Shown piece after piece: positions 1 through 11,473 of a DNA stretch of 64,000 bases. Position 1 is the stretch's first letter; each line of letters opens with the position of its first letter. The notes beneath the pieces were generated by a model. That model saw nothing but the letters and a program-made list of their open reading frames with translations. It did not search any database and was not told the DNA's origin. Both the position numbers and the translations under genes were made by a program. The stretch is from Octopus sinensis (lineage: Eukaryota), in the NCBI RefSeq assembly GCF_006345805.1, contig NC_043011.1, positions 23,758,464 through 23,822,463 on the forward strand. Direction: 5' to 3'.

Positions 1-706
1 ATACTCCATACTCAGCCTTTTGAATTCTGGTTAAAAGTGATGGACTCAGGTCTGGTCTCCTATGACTATTCTGTCCCAAGAAAGCTTTAACTTCATGATT
101 GTAGCAATTGAGTAAGCTTTGCTAGATCTCCGACGAATTGCACTTCTGGGCTTCGGTAAGCTCTCTTGGCACCCGTCTCACACAGATTTTATGGAAGCAA
201 AGCTTGTCATGGATGATTTTGTATGCAGAACCATAACTAATTTGCAGAGAACATACCACCTCGATGATATTCACTCATCGGTTCACCAGAACCATCTCTC
301 AAGCTTGTTGAATCTTCATGGCAGTGGAAGTTGAAGAGTGTCCTGCTCCTTCTTCATACTTCACACTTATCTGGCCATTTTAAAACTTCTCAATCCACTC
401 AAACACACTTCCAGATAGTAGCATGCTGTCCCCATATTGTACTGAAAGTATGTGGTTAATTTCAGCCCCTGATACATCTTCAGAGCAGAGAAATTGGTTC
501 ACCGATTTCTGTTCTTCCTTGGTGCACACCACCAGCAAAGCAGTAATGTTTACTCTGTAACACAAGGAAGAAAACTTGAGTGACCAAGGTCAAACCTTGA
601 TTACATAAGCACAAGAGTAGCCACTTTTTGCATGCAAGCACTGAAGGCAGTGTGGCTAACTTAAGGAAAGTATTGACAAAAGTGTAGATAATTTTTATCT
701 TCTCCT

Positions 707-710
<4 letters not shown>
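1..710 (-). mobile_element. Decayed mariner (Tc1/mariner) transposon, 5' part
   Basis: Minus-strand CTKEEQKSVNQFLCSEDVSGAEI..QYGDS..SVFEWIEKF (mariner HTH), then degenerate KICVRRVPRELT and RIVIGD; TA plus TIR-like end near 708. Confidence 0.85.
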
Positions 711-777
<67 letters not shown>

Positions 778-784
778 GTATGAT

Positions 785-1017
785 AAGGCGGCGAGCTGGC
801 AGAAACGTTAGCACACTGGACAAAATGCTTAGAGGTATTTCGCCCGTCGCTACGTACTGAGTTCAAATTCCGCCGAGGTCGACTTTGCCTTTCATCCTTT
901 GGGGGTCGATAAATTAAGTACCAGTTACGCACTGGGGTTGATGTATTCGACTTAATCCGTTTGTCTGTCCTTGTTTGACCTCTCTGTGTCTAGCCCCTTG
1001 TGGGTAGTAAAGAAATA
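785..1017 (+). mobile_element. tRNA-derived SINE family A (copies 1893-2333 -, 3156-3346 -, 12520-12750 -, 31017-31240 +, 54408-54610 +)
   Basis: Head aaggcggcgagctggcag with B-box gagttcaaattcc; central gtcgactttgcctttcatcctttcggggtcgataaa module (resembles the Meta/MESC SINE domain as I recall it); many copies. Confidence 0.88.
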
Positions 1018-1087
1018 TATATATATATGTATGCATGTGTGTGTGTGTGAGTGTATACGATATACACACACACACACACATATTATT

Positions 1088-1667
1088 TAGGCATACCTAC
1101 ACAAGTGTCCCCCACCCACGTTGACTTCGTTTCCTTAGAACTTTCAGGAAATGGATATTTTCTAATGAAATTTTCTACCAATATGTTCCAGGTGGTGTAG
1201 ATTCCGATTACATCGGAATTTGCTGTGAAAAAATTTTCGGGAGTGGGGAGAGGAGTTTCACAGGTGAAGAAAATTGACATGAGTTGGCTTTATTTCCTCA
1301 TACCTTTCAGAAAAATTGGTATTCTTTAATGAAATTTTCTGCAAATACTTTTCAGATGGTTTAGATAATGATTATATCGGAACTTGATATGAAAAATCAA
1401 AAATAGCGAGCACGCACACATACATACGGATACCCATCAGAATATTTTTCGAAATTTCCCATTTTATTTTGTTGATTTACATGTGATGTGTGTCAGTATG
1501 TAAGTGTGCATACTCACCAACTATTTTTTCCCACATTAATTTCCGATACAATCATAATCTACACACCCTGGAAAATACTTATAGAAAATTTCATTTAAAA
1601 AAATCCCCATCTTTCTCAAAGTTATGAGGAAACAAAGTTGGGGAAAACACTCATGTAGGTATGCCTA
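1088..1667. mobile_element. MITE with long degenerate TIRs
   Basis: taggcatacctaca / tgtaggtatgccta ends with ~130-bp imperfect inverted arms and an internal repeat. Confidence 0.7.
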
Positions 1668-2337
1668 TCGTATACACATATATATGGTGTACGTCGCCCC
1701 TAGTACTTGTCCAATACTTTATTTTAAGAACTCCCATCCTAAAAAGAGAATAAGCTAAAGTGACCATAGAAAGATTAGAGCTCATAACGTAATAGGCCGT
1801 AACTAAATACCGTAAAGCAATTCGTTTGACGTTCTAATAATTCTATCAATACTTACACAGAGAGTTGGTGAATACATACCCTTTCGTTAACCTATTTCTT
1901 TACTACCCACAAGGGGCTAAACACAGAGAGGACAAACAAGGACAGACAAACGGATTAAGTCGATTACATCGACCCAGTGCATAACTGGTACTTAATTTAT
2001 CTACTCCGAAAGGATGAAAGGCAAAGTCGACCTCGGCGGAATTTGAACTCAGAACCTAACGTTTCTGCCAGATCGCCGCCTTAAAGGACAGAGGAAATAC
2101 CTATTTCTTTACTATCCACAAAGGGCTAAACACAAAGAGGACAAACAAGGACAGACAAAGGGATTGAGTCGATTACATCGACCCCAGTTCGTAACTGGTA
2201 CTTAATTTATCGACCCCGAAAGGATGAAAGGCAAAGTCGACCTCGGCGGAATTTGAACTCAGAACGTAACGGCTGACGAAATACGGCTACGCATTCGCCC
2301 GGCGCGCTAACGTTTCTGCCAGCTCGCCGCCTAATAC

Positions 2338-2385
2338 CCTTTCGTTAACCGTTTGTCTTTTCCAGCTGCTGGTGATTAGTCCCAT
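2338..2385 (-). CDS. Candidate first coding exon of a divergent gene (MGLITSSWKRQTVNER)
   Basis: aaacaATGG Kozak context, MGxxxS motif followed by basic residues, ends AGG|gtat; no downstream exon in the window. Confidence 0.4.
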
Positions 2386-3429
2386 TGTTTGTTTGAACGG
2401 CTTATATTGAAAACATATTTTATTGATTCTCCTAAACCCCGCTGCTCGTGAAGGATGATATCAACCTCGGCGAGGATCTCATTCGACGTACACACATATG
2501 GCCTTGTATTTTGGAATAGTAACTTCCACTATGAAGTGTAAAAAATTTCGTTGAACTTCTATGACTCACACAATTTCAGGCATACGTCATCATTCTGACA
2601 GTTAAGTTTTGACAAGTCTATTACAAGACGATATAAAGTGAATATGATGATAAATGTTTTTAAACGGTTACCGTGATTTTTCCACGATGCAATTGTTTGA
2701 AGTTTTAATCAACTATCTTAGATTAAGTCACTTGTCACCCCCCAACCCCCAAACTTTGGGATCTCTCTCTCTCTCCCCTCTCTCTGTCTATACTTGATTG
2801 AATGATTAAGGAGATTGAAATCGAAAGAAAACTCAACAAGTTATCTAATAACGAAAGAATAAACATTTATAATAAATCTATTCTATTAGAGAAATATTAA
2901 ATTTCTAAATATCTCAGAGAGATTATGTTTTAGTTAATTTCCGTAAAGGGGAAAAAGACAAATCGTCTAATCCATCTCGGATAGTATGCTAATTTACTAG
3001 GCAAAAACCATCTCTCTAGAAGTGATAACTATTAAGAGACAGAACGGAACCATCTGCACTGTAATATAATTTCACAGCAGAGTAAATCGATAGTGGGAGG
3101 GCATCTCACTCTGTATTTATTTAGACCCGTTTAGCAGTCGATTATTTTCAATATATATTTCTTTACTACTCTCAAGGGACTAAACATAGAGGGGACAAAC
3201 AAGGGCAGACAAAGGGATTAAGTTGATTACATCGACCCCAGTGCGTAACTGGTACTTAATTTATCAACCCTGAAAGGATGAAAGGCAAAGTCGGCCTCGG
3301 CGGAATTTGACCTCAGAACGTAAAGACAGACGAAATACTGCTAAGCAGTGCAAAGGAGAGAAGAAAGATAGTGCAAAACTGGTACTTTATTTATCGACCC
3401 CGAGAGGATGAAAGGCAAAGTCGATATAA

Positions 3430-3619
3430 CAAGTGGACGTCAACCGGCGTATTTTTATTGTGCTTTAGTCACGTGATAAGCTTCTTACCGTTGATTGGTT
3501 ATCATTTTAATTGTTGATTTAAATGGCGAACGAATAGTTGGCGGTCAATTTAACTTTGATAAGATTCGCTATCTTGATATTTCAGCGTTGCTTGAGAGTC
3601 GCTTGATTTTCTTGTCAAA
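3430..3619 (+). promoter_or_regulatory. Putative KIF23 promoter / 5' UTR with G2/M-type motifs
   Basis: CpG-rich unique sequence directly upstream of the ATG: TCACGTGA (3469-3476), CCGTTG MYB-type site (3488-3493), inverted CCAAT box ATTGG (3494-3498), CHR-like TTTAAA (3518-3523), YY1-like AAATGGCG (3521-3528). Confidence 0.55.
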
Positions 3620-3630
3620 ATGAAAGGACA
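3620..3630 (+). CDS. KIF23: KIF23 coding exon 1 (MKG+Q, phase 2)
   Basis: caaaATGAAAGGACA|gtaagt; good Kozak context, consensus donor, phase joins exon 2. Confidence 0.8.
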
Positions 3631-4291
3631 GTAAGTAATTATTTTGTTTTAATTTACTTGAAAAGGAAGAGTTTTACAAAAAGATTACTTGATATGTGCA
3701 ACCCCTGCCACCGTTCTGTCGCTTCTGTTTATAAGATCTTTCAGACGTAGGCTTGGGTAATTTATTTTAGAACTGGGTTAGAATTTTCTTTGTTATAAAA
3801 TTAAATTAGTTTTTCGGTTTTAATTTTGAATTGCAGATTACGCTCGGCGAACTCTGTCATCGTTTTAAGTCAATAATCATCTTTTCAACAACTGTCATCT
3901 AACTGTTGCTCTTGTTTTATTTAAAAGGTCTTACGGGTTCTATTTGAATATATTTGACGTTGTTTTATTGTATTATGAAGTTAATTTACCATTTCTGTTG
4001 TCTTCTCTCATTCAAAATTCCCGTTTTGTGAAGTTATTCGATAATTTTTCTACACTTTTTAGGAAGTTTTTGTAGTTTTAATATTGGATATCGCATATTT
4101 CATGTGACATAATTTTAATAATTTGAACCTTCAAACAGCTCGTGTGGCTAACGGAAATTTTTTTGTTATTAGAAATGTGAAAGTCAGTTATTTTAAAGTG
4201 TGCTTGATTTATGTGTATATTTAAGTGTGTAAATATATATATATAGCATAATTAAATCTCAGAATGAGATTGAAACATTATCGAGCGATAT

Positions 4292-4326
<35 letters not shown>

Positions 4327-4976
4327 TCATTCATTCATATTCCTTCTCGTGGGTGACAATTTCAAAAAAGTTATGTCCGGCCACTTAGAACTCAAGTTTA
4401 ATCCACAATCGTTAGTCCGACAAAAAATATCTTTCGTTTGGCTCCTCGGGATCATCATCGAGGTCCCCGATTTTACTAACAGCCAAGATCATTTACTGTT
4501 TTCGCGTTAGTTATTTAAATCTACCCTAATTCCATTACTGTTTACTGCCTTGCTTATAATAGCGAAAACAATTGACATTAGCCGCCTACTTATCCATTGT
4601 TCCTTAAATGTATGATAATTATCTTAAAATAAAAGTAACCTAACCGGCATTGTTTTTTTTTTTTTTTTCTTTTTAAAAATTATGACTCGACTGACTCATT
4701 CTTTCCTTTGTTTTTGTTTTAAATCTACTAACGTTGTCACTCCTAAAATCAGGATATATCCGATCTCGTCTTACGTCCTGTGTGTGTCTTGTACAATAAT
4801 AATAACTACATCACGTATTTAGAAAACATTTTTGTTTCACTCCTATAAAACTTAAAAAAAAAAATTTACTTAACAAGGTATTGTCAAAAATGAATGGACT
4901 TTTTCGTATTGGAATTTCCATTAATGTTCACAACATAACAAATACTGAAACCTACCTGTTTTTGTTATGTATTCTT

Positions 4977-5021
<45 letters not shown>

Positions 5022-8000
5022 CATATATTTATATATTGTGTGTGCGTACAATTTTAAGTCAAGTACCGTCTTTAACAGCACTGATTGATGAAAAATATAG
5101 TTTTTATGTAATATATATATATATTGTGTGGGTACTACTAGCGAACAGTGGTCCCGCTAGCTAGTCGTAAGTAGTCGATCCTACAACGACTTTTTAACCC
5201 TAACCTTAGTTTGTTTATAAAAATGATTCATTTACTTAGTTTAAAAAATTATTTTTTTGCATTTTATTTACTTTGTTCGAAAAATATTATTTAATTTTCT
5301 TTATGTATTCAGCCTTGAATCATTCGCGCAAGACGTTGTATGATCGACTACTTACGACTAGCTTGCGCGAGTGCGCGCACCGGGACCACTGTTCGCTAGT
5401 AGTACCTATTGTGTGTGTTGCAGTTAAGTCTATGTCTTATCTTAGTGACCAATGGTTTCACATCCATAAAGCGCATAGCCCCATGGCCGGCTCGTAAGAC
5501 TCTTTAAGCCGAAGTTAAATATATATATTTATTGTTCCCTTAAGTGATGGTATATATTTGGCCGAAAGAATTCCTACTTTTTTAAAGTCTAGCACTTATT
5601 CTATCGGACTTTTGTCGAACCGCTGAGTTATTAGCACGTAAACACACCAACACCGGTTGTCAAGCGGTGTGGGGTGGGACAAACTCACACATACACACGC
5701 ACGATGGCCTTCTTTCAGTTTCTGCCTTTCAATTCCACCCACAAGTCTTTGGTCAGCCCAACACCGTAGTAGAAGGCACTTGCCCAGAGTGCCTCGGAGT
5801 GGGACTGAACCCGCACCATGTGGTTATGAGGCAAACTGCTTACAAAGAAGACAGGAACGCCTACAGCTTCACTTATTTGCCATTTACTTGTTATGTAACG
5901 GATCCTTATCAAAGTAGTATTTTGTTCATATATCTTTCTGAATTGTTTACCTCATAACTTTAGCATAGCACACCAGTCTTATCATTCATTTTCTTCCATT
6001 CACAATGCTTCATATTAAGTTAGGCTTAACTCTCATTTCATGTAGTCTTCATTCCATTCAGAAAAAAGGAATTAACTACATGGACTGAAGCTCTTGCTTT
6101 AATACTAGTTTTGTTCCCAGTACTAATTACCTATCCTAGGTAACTTCCCTTAGATCAGTTATTTACTATGCTTTGTGTAAAAACTGCTTAAAAAATTTTT
6201 TTTATATATATAACCAGAATTAATGCTTACTGATAAGAATTTATATTTATAATCTACCCATATTATCTGCACATTCAATATATGAAGTTACCTATCTCGT
6301 ATCTGTATCTATTAATTCCCCTGCCAACTGTCCCTTTGCACAAGTTTTTTTTTTTTATTGCTTTGGGATTATCTTACTGATAAGATATGTGTGGAGCAAT
6401 TTTGTAAGTTAAGATCATTATTACTACATGTGAAACACCAATATCATCATCATCATTATTTTTTTGATGCCCTACTTTTCCACTTGTGCATGAGTCAGAC
6501 AAAGTGGTGAGTTTTCTCTGGTCAGATGCCCTTCCTGTTGCTAACCCTCACTTATTTTACAAGCTAAGTTTAATTTCCCCTTGGCCAGGCATGTTCTCAC
6601 CGAATATTGGAAATGAATGACACTGCTTCTATGACAGTGCCACTTATTTACCTCTCATGCTATGTCAAGACAAGCGCACGCACACACACATGCACACAAT
6701 GTGCTCCTTTCACTTTTCATTTACCAAATCCACTCACAAAGCTTTGTTTAACCTGGGGCTATAGTAAAAGACACTAGTCCAATGGTACCACACACTGCAG
6801 CTGAACCCCAAACCATTGGGTTGGGAAGCACACTTTTTAGCCACACCAAGAAAATCGCCATGTGGTTAGTTGACCTGCTAGAAATAGCTAATTCTCCCTT
6901 GTCAAACACTATTGTCCTAAAAAAGGAAAGTGCTACATTAGATAAGGTTCTAGATACACAATATTTAGGAATCCAAAAAGCAGAATGGCCTTGACTGGAC
7001 TGCTCTTGATTATATATTTGCTCACTCAGAGCTCAGCTCAGGTTAGGAGGATTTTTTTTTGAGTTGTATAGTAATTTTCTCAGCTCTTCCTTATCATAAA
7101 TTGTGATTGTGATGAGAAGTCTGTTATAAACTGCAAGTTTTTGAGTTGAAGTAGGAAAGTGTGAAAATAGGATTTATTGGGGAGGGTGTGTGAGAAATTT
7201 AAAAACTTTAAAAGAGCATCGCAAAAATTTCAAAAAATAAAAAAGCTATGAAGGATTATATGGGGTGCTTAAACCAGAGTTCCATTAAGATAAGGTACAG
7301 GATTTGCATGTAAGCATGGCAACTAATATAGAAATACATATATACATATGTAAACATGTGTTTCCATGCATAAATATATATATATATATATGAGGGGTTG
7401 CTGAAAAGTTTCTGGCTTTAAGGGTATTGTGAAATGCCTGGTTGGAGGGCTTAGAAAAACTAAAGGACCACTGCAGTAAATGTGTGTATCTGAGAGAGGA
7501 ATATGTTGAATAAAATCATAACTGATCTTCCTGTATTTTCTTTTACCCAAAGCCAGGAACTTTTCTGCACTTCCTTGTATATACATGAATACATATACCC
7601 AGGCACTAAGGTTTGTGTATAAAAAAAAATTAAAATAAAAAGAGAGAGAGAGGTGTATGTGAAGAGATAATTTAGGACAGGAGAAAATGAAGTGTAGCAG
7701 AAGAGATGAGAGGATCAAGAGTGAGAGATAATATGCTCTTTATGCTCTTTTAAAGTTTTTAAATTTCTCACACACCGTCCCCAATAAATCCTATTTTCAC
7801 TTTCCTACTTCAACTCAAAAACTTGCAGTTTATAACAAAGTTCTCATCACAATCACGATTTATGATAAGGAAGATCTGAGAAAATTACTATACAACACAA
7901 AAAACCCCCTCCTAACCTGTAATAATAACGGGGCAAGGGAAGTGTAAGGCACGGATATATACTAGTTAACAACCTATATATGATTGTGTGCAGATGTAGA

Positions 8001-11000
8001 AATATAAAGTAGCAGCTGAAAGAAGAATATGATAAGTGGAGAAGGCTTGGGCTAGAATTTAAAGGTAAAACAAACATTTACTGAGAGATTAGAAATGCCA
8101 AAGATGATGACACACTTGTGTCTGTAAGTGTAAGATGATCTCACAAACTGAAAATTAATCTGTAAAGTGGCCTGACAAATTGAAATGTCAGGCCACAGTT
8201 TTGGAGACACCCTGAATGTTGTTACAGATATCAAGATGATGTTGGGAGTAGTCACTCAAACTATGCCCACTTTGACTGCATACAGTGTTTTGCAAAGCTT
8301 CCAATTGTTGTTATTTAGCTCTAAGCTAAAGCAATTAATTGCTTTAGCTTTGATCAGTGGCATCCTAGCCTTGACCAGCCTCTCATATTTTTTGGCATAG
8401 TTTATCAATATATCTTTTTTTTTTTGGGGGGATTTGAGAGATATTTGGTTGCTATTTCTATCATGTCAAATGAGCACATGGAGGCCTCTCTCTCTCTTGT
8501 TTAGAAGCAAAGCAGTAAATGAAGCAAGATGTATAGTTAAAGTAGATAATGTGGTAATGAGATTTGAGACAGAAGTATTTGAAGGTTCCATGCTGAATGT
8601 GGTTGGAGATGAGAGAGTTCTGAACCAAAATGTCATATTGATTTTCAGTTCTTTGGAAGGAAAGGTGAGACAGTTCAGGAGAGATCAAGATAATTTTAGG
8701 GTTAGAGAATAAAAATGGATTTTGTGAAAGAAAGTGCCAGTGTTATAGAACAGAGTTCACAGGTGTGTGGTAGGAGCATAGCACAAAATACCAAAGTGAG
8801 GAAGGTGCTGACATTGAAGCCCCTGAATGGCATGGCATGTGTGTAGAACTCTAGGCTCAGTTTAGCTTTTTTATTCAACCTATAAGGCGCATGGCTCAGT
8901 GATTCGAGTGTTGGGCTCACAATCACAAAGTAGTGAGTTCAATTCCTGGACCAGGTTGTGTGTTATGTTTTTGAGCTCACATTGCTCCTGTTCATTCAGC
9001 TGTAGAAATGAGTTGCGACGTCATTGGTGCCAAGCTGTATTGGCCTTTGCCTTTTCCTTGGATAACATTGGTGTCATGGAGAGGGGAGGCCGGTATGCAT
9101 GGGCGACTGCTGGTCTTCCTTAAACAACCTTGCTCGAACTTGTGCTTTTGAAGGGTAACTTTGTAGGTGCAATCCCATGGTCAGTCATGACTGAAGGGGT
9201 TCACTCACTCAAGTCCATTCTACTATATGGTTGAATGCTTGACTGAATCGTATACCAGAATGCTGTATGTAGTACTTCAAACAGAACGAGTACATTAACA
9301 ACAAGCATCTGTGTAGTGGGTTACCAAAGTTGAAAGAGAAAACAGCAGCCATAAGACTAAAAGTGGCTGGTTACTACCACCGATATTGAGAACTCTCAGC
9401 CAATTAGCTGGTGTTATGGGAGCCAAAACATAAACGTTGAAGGACTGAGATAGCTGGAGACACCATTGGAGGACTGAAAAAAAAATAAATTAAAGGTTTC
9501 TGTAGAACCTGATTTACCAGAGATTTGCTCTCGTTTCTCACGCATTAGTTGACTCTTGTCATTGAGAACTTAAAAACAATGTTATTGCACTTGACATGAA
9601 CAGTCTTCTAAAATGTTTGGCATGGAAACTTCTTTTCCAACAAGCACAATTACTACATTTATGGAAACAATATTTTATCATCTTCTTGAGGCAAGTTGCT
9701 GTAATTAGACTTCAATTTCTGGTCCCCCACGGTCATCTCATGTAGATATAACCTTGCTGAAGCTGCAACATAGAGATCAGGATTCCTCTAGAAATAGTTT
9801 TTCATTAGTTGTTGCTATTACAAAGCTTAAAAGTACTGCTTATATTGTAAAACTTATCTGCCGTAGAGTATTTGTATTTGGAAGGGCATCTAGCTGTAGA
9901 AACTATGCTAAAACAGACATTGGAGCTTGACACAGTTCTCTGATCTGTTGGATCCTGTCAAACCATCCAACTCATGGCAGCATGGAATATGGAAGCTAAA
10001 TGATGTTGATGAACGAGCATCCATCTCTAGATGCTATTGGTGTTAAAATCTTAGACTGCATCTAAAAGAAGGGTATTTAACTGATTAGTAAAGATTCATT
10101 TACCAATGGTATTGTAACAATTAGTTCACATTGATTCTGTTTCATCCTTCTGCCTCTTCTAAGATCTTGCACAATAAACACTTTTCCCAGTTCTTGTTCT
10201 TTAGCAGTGTAATTCTCTGGAATTTTCTCCCTGTTTTCATTTTCATGCAAACATCAGTACCATTATTTATTCACTGTAGTCTGGGAGTGCCTGCAAAAGC
10301 TAGGAGTACTGCCCCATTGACTTATATCAGTGTAACTGATCGTTGTTTTTATGCCTGCTTTTTCCATACTGTGACCAGATTTTTTTTTCATACTGTGACC
10401 ATTTTCACTTGTGTCTAACTAAAGTTCTTATTCCCCTAGTCTTTCACAGAATGGACCACTCCTCAACAACTGGATACAGTTTTCACCTACTAATTTCATT
10501 TGCAATGTATTGGTCTGCCCGTGCATGGTGTCATGCAGTGGGAATGAACCTGAAACTACACAGTTACAAAGTAAACTTGTTAATTATGCAGCACCTGTAT
10601 GTAGCGCATATCTGTGTGTGTTATATTAAAAAAAAAAAAAAAAAAAGCAGCAAAGAAAACTTGTTTCACACTTGCTCACAGCAAAACTAGTTAGGTGTCA
10701 AGTTTGAAAAGAGAGCGTGTCTTGATATAAATAATAATGTTTTTTTCCCTAAAACTTGTGATTTTAATTTGGGATTGAAATGACAGACATGGTTGCTGTG
10801 AACATTCTAGTTAATTTCAAAACCTATTTTTGACCGAAATTCAGTAAACCATGATGGATTTTGATTATGTTATAATAAATATTTCTTTGCTTTATGACTG
10901 ATAAGAAAAGTGACAGATTATTGATTTTTTTTTTATGCAGGCATATTATTAAATCTGACTTGCTCAGTATCTCTAAAAGCTGGAGTTTCTTGTGAATTTT

Positions 11001-11442
11001 TAATATACATTGTCTGCCACATCCTCTGATATCTGACCTTTGACAGCATGATTGAAATTTATATTTATTTGCATGAGTTATATATATATATAAATATAAG
11101 GGGGAATTTTTTTTAACCACTATGTGGAAACCCTTTTGCTAGAAGAAGATCCGCTATGGTCCCGACCACTAAGAATTGTTCTCCGGAAAATTTAGCACAC
11201 CAGAAATGTAAGCTTACGTTTCTGGTGTGCTAAATTTTCTGGAGAACAATTCTTAGTGGTTGGGACCATAACAGATCTTCTAGCATAAGGGTTTCCACAT
11301 AGTGGTTAAAAAAATTCCCTCTTATATTTTTGTATGAAATACTATTTACTGAATCTCAATTTTTTTATATGCTCAACCACTGGTGTTAAAATTGATGTTA
11401 TCAAATTAATATCCAATTTTTCACCCTCATTTTGATTATATA

Positions 11443-11473
<31 letters not shown>

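Noticed and set aside
5195-5205. Telomere-like TAACCCTAACC
   Set aside because: Only two units, internal to a MITE; not an interstitial telomere array
8430-9750. Faint CR1-like endonuclease/RT remnants (also ~17150-17380)
   Set aside because: Too decayed to support by eye; needs a profile search
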